A stretch of DNA of 64,000 bases from a virus: UHGV virus genome UHGV-0213393; one strand, given 5' to 3'. Under the pieces are notes generated by a model that was not told the origin of the DNA, did not search any database, and was given only the letters and a program-made list of their open reading frames with translations. Of this stretch, positions 37,751 through 47,644 are shown one piece after another. Made by a program: the position numbers and the translations under genes. Position 1 is the stretch's first letter. Each line of letters starts with the position of its first letter.

Positions 37751-38608
37751 GAATTGAAATCACAATCTCCAGACAATGCCCCTCGATACCAGATAAATCG
37801 ACCTTTGAGGACGCTTATGGGCCGTTTTGATGAATGGCTTGCTGATGATGCAAGCCTGATGAGAAAGGGAACAGAACATGACAGCACGCAGAGAGAAGAG
37901 ACAACGACGGTTGAAGCGAATGAAGGAAGCACAACGGAAAATGGGAATGTCAGTGCAGGGCCATTCAGTATTCTGGAAGAGCACGCCGCCACCCAATCTA
38001 ATAGCCATGATAATTGGCCTGATAATGCTGGTGACTCTGTTACGGAAGTGATTGAACCTGACATCGCTCCCCTACCGGCATCGCTCGCTAACAGAGAACC
38101 AAACCAGCAGCTTAAAACCCGATATAACGGACATAAAGCGTTCAACGACCAGATCCGCGCCGATTGGATGCTCATTATTGAATCAAGCCCTGACGCGTTC
38201 GAGGCGCTTTTATACCGCCCGGCTGATGGCACCTATGGCGTCGTAAACGATGAAACAGGTGAAGAGTCTTTCACGCAACTGGACAACAACCAGCGTGAGC
38301 TTACCTATCTGGAACCGGAAATCGTATACGTCCTAGATAACCCGGACGGAAGGGATTCGTTTCATGCCATTGATGCCGATGGAGAACAGGATGGTCTTGC
38401 TGATGAAGTGCTAATCCTACGTATTGCTGCAAACAACGTACCTGTTGGTTCAATCCTGGAATGGAACGAAGAAATGGCGAATGGCCTCGCCCGCCGCTGG
38501 TGGTACGTGCATCGAATCTTCAGCTACGGAACACAACACGTCGGCTCCCTTTATTACTGCATCCCGGCCAGGAACTTTGATACCACTCAAAACGGAGTGA
38601 TCGAATGA
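37739..38608 (+). CDS. hypothetical acidic protein
   Basis: 289-aa ORF; true start uncertain because 5' end overlaps the higBA promoter. Confidence 0.45.
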   Translation: MLGYELKSQSPDNAPRYQINRPLRTLMGRFDEWLADDASLMRKGTEHDSTQREETTTVEANEGSTTENGNVSAGPFSILEEHAATQSNSHDNWPDNAGDSVTEVIEPDIAPLPASLANREPNQQLKTRYNGHKAFNDQIRADWMLIIESSPDAFEALLYRPADGTYGVVNDETGEESFTQLDNNQRELTYLEPEIVYVLDNPDGRDSFHAIDADGEQDGLADEVLILRIAANNVPVGSILEWNEEMANGLARRWWYVHRIFSYGTQHVGSLYYCIPARNFDTTQNGVIE

Positions 38609-39372
38609 CACCCAACAAAACTCTCCTGTCCCGCATTGGCGAGTGGCAGACAACGCGTACTGGAAAATTCCAGACAACTGGTCTGGAAAGAGTGGATAAC
38701 GCTTTTGCTACGCTAATCAGTGACATTTTTTCTGACGTAACGCTGGTGGAACCAGCAAAAGAAGAAAGGCGCTTTGCATCATTCCTGAGTCGCCCACCAG
38801 CGGAGCGTGTTTATGTTGCCCGTTTTGATAACGCGGTCGAGTTCCTTAAAGCGGTTCGCCGTGCTAATGCCGGGCAAGGGAGAAAGCCAGAGAATCCGAA
38901 CATTAATCGCGATGCACTCCCTCTGATTAATATCTCGCGCTCAATGGATATCAGCTATATCAACAATGACCAGCAGATAGACCGCAAAAGCTGTGATCAC
39001 TTCTGCGAACCTGGCAGCGGTATGCCTTTAGTAGCCCTGGAATACACCCAGGCAAATCTGACGTATGACGTTACATTAATGGCGACGGATAAGGCGACCA
39101 TGAGTCTGATGTGTAATTCGCTAGGAGCACGTCTTCGCTTGATGGCAGGAACGCAGTTTGAAGCAACAACCCCGCTGGTACGAGTACCCGTCCCGCTAAT
39201 TTGCGCGATTCAGGATGCTAAAGACATCAGTTTTACTGATGTTTCAGCCCCAATTGGGGAAGAGCGTATTTATGCTGCACAAACGGCAATTAGTGTTATA
39301 GCAGACGTGATCACCGCCTGGGAGCTGGACGCGAAACGAATTATTACTGAAACCTCTCTGAGAATGGGGTAA
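38605..39372 (+). CDS. hypothetical protein
   Basis: 255-aa ORF, coupled. Confidence 0.5.
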   Translation: MTPNKTLLSRIGEWQTTRTGKFQTTGLERVDNAFATLISDIFSDVTLVEPAKEERRFASFLSRPPAERVYVARFDNAVEFLKAVRRANAGQGRKPENPNINRDALPLINISRSMDISYINNDQQIDRKSCDHFCEPGSGMPLVALEYTQANLTYDVTLMATDKATMSLMCNSLGARLRLMAGTQFEATTPLVRVPVPLICAIQDAKDISFTDVSAPIGEERIYAAQTAISVIADVITAWELDAKRIITETSLRMG

Positions 39373-39375
39373 GCC

Positions 39376-40356
39376 ATGTCCCAGGAGCTACAGCAATACT
39401 TTCTACAGTCCGTTACCATCAACGGAAACAAAGTGCCCAGGGAGTGGATATTCACTGCCGTATATGTGGAAAAGGCAAACCTGCGTGCACCATTGCTGAA
39501 ACTGGAAATTCACGATATTACCGGCACCATAATTGATGACTGGAAAACAAAATACGGCGCAGCACTGGTTGCAGAGATGGGTGATCCACAAGGCAATTCA
39601 GGCACGTTTAAAACAACTTTTTTCGTAACATCTGCGGTGCTGGCTGGTGATGTCATTACGGTCATTGCAGTCAGTGAAGACGTTCGGATATTTAAGATCC
39701 CCGCTCTACGGGCTAACCTGCATACAAACAAAACGCCTGATACCATTTTCAAGACGTATACCGGTACACTGAAAGTTTCCTCCAGCGCATTGAAACGAAG
39801 CTGTACGTACCATCTTTCCGCCGGGGAAAAACCCTCCAAAATGCTATCTGAAATGGCCCGCGACAAAGGCGCTTTATGCTGGGCCTGCCGTGGTCAGTTT
39901 AACTTTTATACATTAGCTGACCTTATGAAAGCTAAACCATCATTCACCTATGAAGGGAACAACCCCAGGGCGGAATACACGATTTCAAAAATGAGGCTTA
40001 TACAGCAAGAGTATGCCGTTACGGCAAATACTCAGTATCGATTTACCGGCTATTCAATGACTGAAGGCTATGTCGAATATGGCGATAGCTCACTTCCAAT
40101 ACGCTATATATCCGATCCGGATATGGAAACTCTGCGCAATATGCAATTGTCGCTCGTACCCAAAATGGATATTGAGGTCGCGGGTAATCCCGACATCACG
40201 CCGGGAATGGTTATTGAGATCCTCGTGTATCGTTACGACCAGGAAAATAAGCTGGACGAATCGTTGCCTCGTAAGCTGTTGGTGAAAAACGTAGCCCATT
40301 TTGAGGACCGGATCGGCTATACAACACGAATGATATTAGGAGTACCCAACCAGTGA
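39376..40356 (+). CDS. hypothetical protein (possible virion component)
   Basis: 326-aa ORF upstream of spike-like gene. Confidence 0.45.
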   Translation: MSQELQQYFLQSVTINGNKVPREWIFTAVYVEKANLRAPLLKLEIHDITGTIIDDWKTKYGAALVAEMGDPQGNSGTFKTTFFVTSAVLAGDVITVIAVSEDVRIFKIPALRANLHTNKTPDTIFKTYTGTLKVSSSALKRSCTYHLSAGEKPSKMLSEMARDKGALCWACRGQFNFYTLADLMKAKPSFTYEGNNPRAEYTISKMRLIQQEYAVTANTQYRFTGYSMTEGYVEYGDSSLPIRYISDPDMETLRNMQLSLVPKMDIEVAGNPDITPGMVIEILVYRYDQENKLDESLPRKLLVKNVAHFEDRIGYTTRMILGVPNQ

Positions 40357-41030
40357 AACGCAGAGCGCAAATCGTAGGGACCAAACACCCTGCCGGACTT
40401 ATGCGAGCGCAGGTCCGCATACTGCCTGACTGGAACGGTGTACCGGATGAAGACCTCCCATGGGCAGAGTATCAAATGCCTATCGGTAACGCCTTTACAC
40501 CTACAGTCAGCGGCGATTTAGTCTGGGTCGAATTTCCTTATCTGGATGCTAAAGGCAGGATAGACACGCGCCGACCTTTAATCGTTGGCGCGGCGCAGGA
40601 TGCCCCAGGAGGCGTACCAAATGTGCCTCCGGAAGCCTCCGGACAAGGAAACGGATGGTCGCCAGAAGAAGTTGATGGTGCTCCTGCCCGCCCCCAGTTT
40701 TCGGCGACTGAAGATTTTGTTATTCACCGAAACAATATCCTTGAGGTCAGAACGGCTGGCGGTGGCTATGAAATAGCAAACACCGCCGCAGGATCAAGGA
40801 TAGGGATGAACGAATCCGGCCAGATTTACATAATCGGCCCGGCGAATATAGTGCTTAATGCTGGAGGTGAGGTTAACGTCAAATCAAGCAGCAAAACCAA
40901 TGTATCCTCAGATGGAGACGTTAATGTAAAAGGCAGCAATGTAACCGTCGCCGCTGATGGTGATATAGCCCTGAAAGCTGGTGGCGCGCTAAAAGCAACA
41001 GCGAGCAATTTCTCCTTTGTGAAGGGATAG
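40353..41030 (+). CDS. putative baseplate spike protein (gpV-like)
   Basis: C-terminal repetitive VNVKSS...DGDVNVKGSNVTVAADGDIALKAGG suggests a beta-helical spike. Confidence 0.45.
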   Translation: MKRRAQIVGTKHPAGLMRAQVRILPDWNGVPDEDLPWAEYQMPIGNAFTPTVSGDLVWVEFPYLDAKGRIDTRRPLIVGAAQDAPGGVPNVPPEASGQGNGWSPEEVDGAPARPQFSATEDFVIHRNNILEVRTAGGGYEIANTAAGSRIGMNESGQIYIIGPANIVLNAGGEVNVKSSSKTNVSSDGDVNVKGSNVTVAADGDIALKAGGALKATASNFSFVKG

Positions 41031-41042
41031 CAAAATGCAAAA

Positions 41043-41079
41043 CTGTGTTAGATAATTGAGTTTTATTTTCTAACATAGT
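41043..41079. promoter_or_regulatory. operator-like inverted pair
   Basis: tgtgttagataatt-N6-tattttctaacatag upstream of rdgC. Confidence 0.55.
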
Positions 41080-41089
41080 TTTGCGAAAC

Positions 41090-41995
41090 ATGAGATTAGT
41101 CGCCTTTAAAAACATATACGTCTATCGCCTTGCCCGCGAAATAAAACTGGACTCAACCACCGTTAGTGATGCCTTAAGCCAATTCACATTCACTCCATGC
41201 GCATCACAAGAAATGGCAAAAGTCGGATGGGTGCCGGTTCTGGCTGACAACCTGATCCATGAATACCACGGTTTTCTACTTCTCCAGCAACAGCGAGAAA
41301 TTAAGCTCCTGCCCTCTCATGTCATTAAGGAGGAAGTGCAGAAAAAAGTGGAAAAGCTCGAAAATGAGCAATCTCGTAAGCTGAAGAAGTCGGAAAAAAA
41401 CACCCTGAAGGATGAAGTTCTCCACTCTTTGTTGCCTCGCGCATTCACTCGCAAATCATTGTCGCGAATCCTTATTGATCGCGACAACTATCTGGTCTTC
41501 GTAGAAGCTTCCAGCGCCAGAAAAGCAGAAGAAATGCTGGCGCTCTTACGTAAATCACTTGGCAGCCTGCCAGTGATTCCATTCACGCCGATAGAACCGC
41601 TCGAAATGACTATGACCGAATGGTTCAAGTCAACATTTCCTCAAGGCTTTAAAGCAGGCGAAGAAGCCATATTGAAATCTCTGTTCGATGACGGCGGCGC
41701 AGTTCGTTGCAAGAAAGTAGACCTACAGTCAGAGGAAATAATGACTCATATTGAAGCCGGAAAAGTTGCAACAACAGTTGCAATCAACTGGCAGGACCGC
41801 GCGACCTTCAGGTTAAACGATGACATGAGCATCAAAGCACTGACGTTTTGCGATGATCTCTATGACCAGAACGATGACATCGACCGTGAAGATGTTGCCC
41901 AGCGATTTGATGCTGACTTCATTCTGTTCACAAGCGAATTATCCGCGATGTTTAGCTCGCTGGTGGAGGCCATTGGCGGTGAAGCAGAGCATTAA
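41090..41995 (+). CDS. rdgC: RdgC recombination-associated protein homologue
   Basis: Collinear with E. coli RdgC as recalled: FKNIYVYRL, EKNTLKDEVLHSLLPRAF, LALLRKSLGSLPV, DIDREDVAQRFDADFIL. Confidence 0.85.
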   Translation: MRLVAFKNIYVYRLAREIKLDSTTVSDALSQFTFTPCASQEMAKVGWVPVLADNLIHEYHGFLLLQQQREIKLLPSHVIKEEVQKKVEKLENEQSRKLKKSEKNTLKDEVLHSLLPRAFTRKSLSRILIDRDNYLVFVEASSARKAEEMLALLRKSLGSLPVIPFTPIEPLEMTMTEWFKSTFPQGFKAGEEAILKSLFDDGGAVRCKKVDLQSEEIMTHIEAGKVATTVAINWQDRATFRLNDDMSIKALTFCDDLYDQNDDIDREDVAQRFDADFILFTSELSAMFSSLVEAIGGEAEH

Positions 41996-42659
41996 TAACC
42001 GACCGCTGGCGGTGAGTCTTTGTGATTATACAGGGAATATGGTTTCCCCCTGGCTGGAACACGGCATTGATGCAGTCATTGTCGATCCGCAACACCAGGA
42101 GTCCGGCAGCCAATTGATGGAGTCAGGTGCTGTACTCACACGTATCAGCGCAATTATTGACAGTGATGAGGTCTACAATTTCCTTCGGAAAAATTTGCAC
42201 AGAGTTGTATTTTTAGCCGGTTTCCCTCCATGTACTGACCTGGCTGTATCTGGCGCACGCTGGTTCGCAGATAAAGCGAAAAAAGATCCGGTTTTCCAGT
42301 TCAAAGCAATGCAGGTTGTCTGGCAGTGTTACGACATTGCAAAGATGATTGGTTGCCCGTACATGATTGAAAACCCGGTCAGCCAAATATCGACATTCTG
42401 GCGTAAACCTGATCACATATTCCATCCTTATCACTTCACTGCATATTGCAAGGAAGACAATTACACCAAAAAAACATGCCTGTGGAGCGGACAAGGATTC
42501 ATCATGCCAACTCCGCGAATCGACGAGTCGTTAGGTGATCCAGACAACCGAATACACAAGGCACCGCCAGGACCTGAAAGAGCGAATTTTCGTAGCGCGA
42601 CACCTTACGGTTTTGCAAGAGCTGTATTTGAAGCAAATAAGGAGGGAATCCGTGGCTGA
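41853..42659 (+). CDS. C5-cytosine methyltransferase-like protein (start uncertain)
   Basis: GFPPCTDLAVSG (motif IV-like PC) and MIENPV (ENV motif); overlaps the rdgC 3' end. Confidence 0.45.
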   Translation: MISMTRTMTSTVKMLPSDLMLTSFCSQANYPRCLARWWRPLAVKQSINNRPLAVSLCDYTGNMVSPWLEHGIDAVIVDPQHQESGSQLMESGAVLTRISAIIDSDEVYNFLRKNLHRVVFLAGFPPCTDLAVSGARWFADKAKKDPVFQFKAMQVVWQCYDIAKMIGCPYMIENPVSQISTFWRKPDHIFHPYHFTAYCKEDNYTKKTCLWSGQGFIMPTPRIDESLGDPDNRIHKAPPGPERANFRSATPYGFARAVFEANKEGIRG

Positions 42660-43569
42660 TATTGGTGCTAAATTTATTTCTTATAGCGACAATCATCGTC
42701 CTGCGGCGGAAGCCACTATCAGCCATATGCGACGTATTCGCTCGGAGGACGAATTTGATCGCCCCGTCTTTAAGTGGGTCGGCGGCAAATTTTCTGCACT
42801 GCCCATTATCTTCGAACACCTGCCCCACGGAAAACGGTTGATAGAACCTTTCGTTGGAGGTGGCGCTGTTTTCACTAATGCCGGATTTAAAAGCAACCTG
42901 CTGAACGATATCAATAATGACCTGATTAACTTCTATCAGACATTGCAGCGTGAAGGGCATTCTCTTATCACACTGGCATATCGTTTTTTTCAGGATTACA
43001 ACTCTGCTGATGCATTTTTGAATGTTCGCAATGCATTCAACAATGGTGCTTATGATTCCCTTCACCATGCAGCGGCGTTCCTGTATCTCAATCGTCATTG
43101 TTTTAATGGCGTCACTCGCTATAACCGTAAAGGAGAGTTCAACGTCGGATATGGAAAGCAGAAATCCCCCCACTTCCCTCTCGCGGAAATGGAGGCGTTC
43201 CTGGCTGACGATATTTCAAAGTATTCGGAATTTGTGTCCGGCGATTTTGCTGGTGTAATTGAGGCTGCAGGGAATGATGATGTGATTTTCTGCGATCCCC
43301 CCTATGAACCATTGCCCGACACTACCGGATTTACAAATTACTCAGGGCATAGCTTTAGGTTTGAAGATCAACAACGGCTGGTGTCACTGCTGGTGGATGC
43401 CCACAGACGCGGAGCGAAAATTGTGATAACAAACAGTGGTGCGCCTAACATTCGCGAACTTTACGTTGGCAATGGCTTCAAGGTGTATCCTATGCCATCC
43501 CGTCGCTCTGTATCCTGTAAAGCATCAACCCGAATGATAGCTAACGACATTATAGCCACGCTCAATTAA
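42652..43569 (+). CDS. dam: DNA adenine methyltransferase (Dam-like)
   Basis: FKWVGGK, EPFVGGGAV and DPPY motifs; GTG start with RBS AGGAGGG overlapping upstream stop. Confidence 0.8.
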   Translation: MADIGAKFISYSDNHRPAAEATISHMRRIRSEDEFDRPVFKWVGGKFSALPIIFEHLPHGKRLIEPFVGGGAVFTNAGFKSNLLNDINNDLINFYQTLQREGHSLITLAYRFFQDYNSADAFLNVRNAFNNGAYDSLHHAAAFLYLNRHCFNGVTRYNRKGEFNVGYGKQKSPHFPLAEMEAFLADDISKYSEFVSGDFAGVIEAAGNDDVIFCDPPYEPLPDTTGFTNYSGHSFRFEDQQRLVSLLVDAHRRGAKIVITNSGAPNIRELYVGNGFKVYPMPSRRSVSCKASTRMIANDIIATLN

Positions 43570-43570
43570 G

Positions 43571-43590
43571 AAAAGCCCCATATGGGGCTT
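43571..43590. terminator. bidirectional terminator
   Basis: aaagcccca-ta-tggggcttt between dam and parG-like gene. Confidence 0.65.
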
Positions 43591-43599
43591 TATAACATC

Positions 43600-43700
43600 A
43601 AATAAACGCCATTACGGTACACTAATAACACCATTCTGGTACTAAAAAGGCATCAAGGTAGTATCAAAATACCACATGGAACCAAAACGGTGTTATTCCG
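43600..43700. repeat. centromere-like repeats downstream of parG-like gene
   Basis: aacaccattctggtactaaaaag and ggaaccaaaacggtgtt recur, with near-identical copies at 44640-44850. Confidence 0.45.
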
Positions 43701-43703
43701 GCG

Positions 43704-43991
43704 TCATTTTGTATCCTCAGACTCTGCAAGCATGAGGATAGCATGGCGGATCATATTCAATTTGCTGCGATTATGCTTTTTGCTTAACGCATCAAGTACC
43801 TGGTACTCGTATTCATTGAAGCCAACACGAATGGATTTAAAATCACGTGGGGCGTCCTTATCGAGCACTTTGTTGTCTTCTGGTTGCTCACCCGGCACCA
43901 AATCAGCCTTACTGGCAAAATCCTCAATTCGGCGTTCAAGATCGGGGTCTTTTACTTCGGGGGCTTTTACCGATTTACGAGGCTTAATCAC
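43704..43991 (-). CDS. ParG-like small partition protein
   Basis: 95-aa ORF directly downstream of and overlapping parA-like gene. Confidence 0.5.
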   Translation of the reverse strand: MIKPRKSVKAPEVKDPDLERRIEDFASKADLVPGEQPEDNKVLDKDAPRDFKSIRVGFNEYEYQVLDALSKKHNRSKLNMIRHAILMLAESEDTK

Positions 43992-44625
43992 TTAATAACT
44001 CCTTAACCAACATCTGGATTTCACCTTTAGCTTTCCCGTTGTCCATCTCAACAACGCCCTTCCCTTCAGCCATGCAATCGCGGTAAACCTTACGATCACG
44101 AATGATGGTTTTCAGCAACTTCAGTTGCGGATATTCAGCCAGGTACTCTTTGGCCTCATTGGTTTCATTCACAACCGGATTGGATGGGGCCATTGTTAAG
44201 ACTGCGAACGCCTTAATGCTAGGATTAGGCATCAGGTCCAAAGCCTCTTCAAACACTTCAACAAAGTGTGCCAGCGTGTCTAAATCTGGTTGAGATGGTC
44301 TAAATGGGACCAACACAATATCTGCAGCGGTTATGCCTGTACGCATCTCTTTGCTATCGCGCCCGGCTGTATCAACAACTACAAATTCATAACGCTTATC
44401 CAGATCGAGAAGTGTTTCTCGAATATTACCAAACTTCTGGACACAATGAATTACAGGAGAAACCTCTGCCGTGTTACGGTCAGCTGCCCAGCGGGCAGCT
44501 GTTCCTTGCTTGTCTGCATCTAGTAACACTACATCCTTATTTTCGCGGGCAAGCTCCGCACAGATGTTTACGCTTGTGGTTGATTTTCCACAGCCACCTT
44601 TTTGGCTGACTACCAATATAATCAT
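43984..44625 (-). CDS. parA: ParA/ParF-family partition ATPase
   Basis: Deviant Walker A VVSQKGGCGKST and overall ParA-like architecture. Confidence 0.85.
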   Translation of the reverse strand: MIILVVSQKGGCGKSTTSVNICAELARENKDVVLLDADKQGTAARWAADRNTAEVSPVIHCVQKFGNIRETLLDLDKRYEFVVVDTAGRDSKEMRTGITAADIVLVPFRPSQPDLDTLAHFVEVFEEALDLMPNPSIKAFAVLTMAPSNPVVNETNEAKEYLAEYPQLKLLKTIIRDRKVYRDCMAEGKGVVEMDNGKAKGEIQMLVKELLSD

Positions 44626-44639
44626 ATCCGTTCCTCGGT

Positions 44640-44850
44640 GTTATTTTGGTATCAAACTGGTTCCAAACAGAAGCCTTATTGATGCGGTTTTGGCTCTATA
44701 GTGGAGTCACTATGCTTTGCAAAAGTATAACACTAAACACTCTAAATTTACCCTCTGTTGCATCCTGTTTAACACGAAATCAGCCTCAAAGTGGAACCAG
44801 ACACAAAACAGCACCATAACAACACCGTTTTGGTACTAAAAGAACACTAA
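44640..44850. repeat. centromere-like repeats upstream of parA
   Basis: ttttggtatcaaactggttccaaac, gtggaaccagac, aacaccgttttggtactaaaag. Confidence 0.45.
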
Positions 44851-44869
44851 ATTAGAACCATAACAGTAT

Positions 44870-44892
44870 AAAAAAGGCTGCAAATTGCAGCC
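44870..44892 (-). terminator. rho-independent terminator for parMR operon
   Basis: ggctgcaa-a-ttgcagcc with A-run upstream on plus strand. Confidence 0.6.
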
Positions 44893-44910
44893 TTTGAAGA
44901 TGTAGATTTG

Positions 44911-45276
44911 TTAATCAGGGAGTGAGTTTGCCAAATTCTGTGCAGAGCGGCTTTTCGAAACGCCAGGTTTTTTAACATCCGCTGAGGCTGAGGGGTTTCC
45001 TTCAGGGTTTTCCCGAACTTCAGGCGAAATTTCAAGAAATGAAACCAGCATTTTTCTGATCACTTCAGGGCTATTATCACCGGATAAAAGCGATGCCAAC
45101 ATGGGAGGTAATCTGCTATCAACCTCGCCAAGAGCGATACCTGCAAGCATCGCTGTGCGCGCCATATCATTGCGATCTCTTAATGGATGGCCCTCAAGTT
45201 TTGCATCAGCATATTGCTCACTGGCGTTAAGACCAGGACGAAGATAAAACAATACTTTTCGACGTTCCTGAGACAT
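44911..45276 (-). CDS. parR: ParR centromere-binding protein
   Basis: Directly downstream of parM; RNDMARTAMLAGIAL parallels R1 ParR. Confidence 0.75.
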   Translation of the reverse strand: MSQERRKVLFYLRPGLNASEQYADAKLEGHPLRDRNDMARTAMLAGIALGEVDSRLPPMLASLLSGDNSPEVIRKMLVSFLEISPEVRENPEGNPSASADVKKPGVSKSRSAQNLANSLPD

Positions 45277-45286
45277 GGCAACCTCA

Positions 45287-46246
45287 TCAACCGATAGATT
45301 TTAGACCATAGACAAGAGCAAGTTGTGGATCATCAGCAACGAAAAACCTATCGTCACGAATGTTTACCTGCTCACGGATAGCATCAGCAACAAGCGGCGC
45401 GCCGCCACCAATGACCATAACATGCGTGTATCCTTTGAAATCACTGATCACATCCAGTACGCGTGTACGGAGTCGTTCTATGCTTGACGAAATGGCTTTC
45501 TTAACATCATCAATAGCAGACGGATCGTTAATATTGTCGGTCAAATAATCCTCATCATCACGATTAATGATTAATTGATCGACATTATAATTAGAGGTTT
45601 CGGTATTCGCTTTTGCAAGTGCCTGTCTGACCTCTTTAGTTACCAGCGAAACGCCGAGATTAGAATCGCCAAATACGCGAGAAACGGCGGTCATTTGCCC
45701 GGCGACCATCGACACATCCAGAGTAGTCCCACCAAGATCAACAATAAGCACAGAATGCGCTGGCACAAGGCTGTCGCACAGACCGATCCCTGCGGGTATT
45801 GACTCCGGGCGCACAGTCACTTTTTTGATAGTAAAAACCTGACCTTTGTTAAGGGTGACTGGTCGCATCAGGCTGGCCTTTTTCCGCTCAATATTTTTCA
45901 TGTTGTATTGTGCGTCGTCGTCATAAAACTCTGCCAGTGGCAACGTGACAACTATTTCCACTTCTTGAGGCTCAATGCCACTTGTAAGCAGGGCATGATG
46001 AACAGCAAGCACATTAAGCGGGCTGTATTGCCATTCAACGTTATTCGTCGGCAGCACATCCGGCGAGATCAAGTCATATGAATATTTTTCGTCATCAATG
46101 ATGTAGTTAAACGGCTTTCCTGCGCCAAATGTGGCGGACCATCCACGTTTAAAACTGTTCGGACAGATATGGGTTCGAGTTTCCCCGTCTTGTTCCCACA
46201 GCATTTTGATATTGGTAGAACCATCGTCGATAAAAATGCGCATCAT
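45287..46246 (-). CDS. parM: ParM/StbA actin-like partition ATPase
   Basis: MMRIFIDDGSTNIK, HHALLTSG, IVDLGGTTLDVS, GYTHVMVIGGGA closely parallel R1 ParM as recalled; RBS GGAG. Confidence 0.9.
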   Translation of the reverse strand: MMRIFIDDGSTNIKMLWEQDGETRTHICPNSFKRGWSATFGAGKPFNYIIDDEKYSYDLISPDVLPTNNVEWQYSPLNVLAVHHALLTSGIEPQEVEIVVTLPLAEFYDDDAQYNMKNIERKKASLMRPVTLNKGQVFTIKKVTVRPESIPAGIGLCDSLVPAHSVLIVDLGGTTLDVSMVAGQMTAVSRVFGDSNLGVSLVTKEVRQALAKANTETSNYNVDQLIINRDDEDYLTDNINDPSAIDDVKKAISSSIERLRTRVLDVISDFKGYTHVMVIGGGAPLVADAIREQVNIRDDRFFVADDPQLALVYGLKSIG

Positions 46247-46339
46247 ATTGCTCCACTTCTGAGACACATTTGAGAAAGAATTGAATTTTATATGAGAAAA
46301 CAAAATAAGACCAGAAGTTAGATAGCGTAAAAAGCATCA

Positions 46340-46435
46340 AACTAGAGACGCAATAGAGACACAAAAGAGACTTAGATGATACATGATGTACCCACGATAC
46401 CCGTTTGAGACAAATCAGAGACAAATGTGAGAAGT
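46340..46435. repeat. parC-like iterated AGAGAC repeats upstream of parM
   Basis: At least five AGAGAC(A) copies. Confidence 0.5.
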
Positions 46436-46495
46436 AAGAAATCTGAAGAGTGAAAATCACAAAGTGGAGAAGATTTAAGAAAAAGGAGGTGTTAG

Positions 46496-46780
46496 ATGAG
46501 TGCAATAGCGACCAGTGACACAGTTTGTTCTGGTCATGGAGGATTCCCTCCGCGACCTGTAGCAGAAACAGTTTCCTGGTTTACCGTAAATGGAAAGCCA
46601 GTGGTTGTAGATGGGGGAGCGTTCCCAAGCCATACAGACGGAAATAGCGCGCACCCCGGATCAGCCGTATCGACGCGCTCATGGTTTGCAATAGGCGGGA
46701 AAGGAGTTGTTTGTGTGGGAGATCCCCTTTCTTGTGGCTCAGTCATCGCCAATGGTGAAGCAATTTTTCAGGTGTCATAA
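46496..46780 (+). CDS. PAAR-domain protein
   Basis: TVNGKPVVVDG and GGKGVVCVGDPLSCGSVIA match PAAR repeat pattern; RBS AGGAGG. Confidence 0.6.
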   Translation: MSAIATSDTVCSGHGGFPPRPVAETVSWFTVNGKPVVVDGGAFPSHTDGNSAHPGSAVSTRSWFAIGGKGVVCVGDPLSCGSVIANGEAIFQVS

Positions 46781-47574
46781 TGCTTGATTCAATCGCTGAA
46801 GTTAATGCATTCAAAATTCTAAATGCATCAGGCACAACTACGCCTGCATCTATCACGCTAAGTAAAACAGCGTCATCCAATGCCAGTTCTCTGGAAGAGA
46901 ATATCCAGGCTCTTATCCTGAAGGATAAAGCATACCCGGCGTCGGTGGTTTCATGGGTCAATCAGCTTTCTGTCTTTTCAGAACAACTGAAAACTGTCAG
47001 TGCAGAAGCAACCAATTTAGCCGACTCGCTGTCTCCGTATACTTCGCCAACTGAATTACTTCAGATGAAAATTGGCTGGGAATGTTACGTCAAAGGTAAT
47101 GAGTTATCTCCTGCGCCAGAATTTGCTCTCGTAACAGTTATGGGAGATACCCTGCATCCGCAATCGCTTATTGACGCGTTGGCAGCATTTGAACTGGTGC
47201 CAATCACTTCAGCCATGACCGCTATAAATGCAAAAGTTCAGGCGTCAAGCGGGGAGGCTTCAGGCAACGGAAGTTCCACCGGAACAACACAGCAACCAGC
47301 ACTAACAGAAGAAGAGATCAAAGCACTAAAAGACGCTGTGGAAGCAGCAACAGAACAAATAAATGCAATAAACAACACGAGCAGTAGTCTCTCAACACTT
47401 GTACAGCAAGTTAAGGACTCTACCGGAAAAGCCAAACAGGGACTGGAGAATGCTGTAGCTATTACGTTAACCGGTTCTCTACTGGGCGATGAAGTAATGA
47501 GTCCGGCAATCAGTTTGATCATGCCACAAGGTGTGATCGATGCGCTCCAAAGCAACACTAAAAAGGAACCATAA
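46780..47574 (+). CDS. hypothetical protein
   Basis: 264-aa ORF coupled to PAAR gene. Confidence 0.5.
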   Translation: MLDSIAEVNAFKILNASGTTTPASITLSKTASSNASSLEENIQALILKDKAYPASVVSWVNQLSVFSEQLKTVSAEATNLADSLSPYTSPTELLQMKIGWECYVKGNELSPAPEFALVTVMGDTLHPQSLIDALAAFELVPITSAMTAINAKVQASSGEASGNGSSTGTTQQPALTEEEIKALKDAVEAATEQINAINNTSSSLSTLVQQVKDSTGKAKQGLENAVAITLTGSLLGDEVMSPAISLIMPQGVIDALQSNTKKEP

Positions 47575-47644
47575 CCACACCATTTAAGCCCATAAATGGT
47601 TACAAATTGGTACACATATCACACCAACAAAAAATCTGAAGAGG

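Noticed and set aside
37672-38232. 186-aa minus-strand ORF overlapping the 37739-38608 gene
   Set aside because: Overlaps the higBA promoter/operators and is antisense to a plus-strand gene; Ser/Leu-rich low-complexity product
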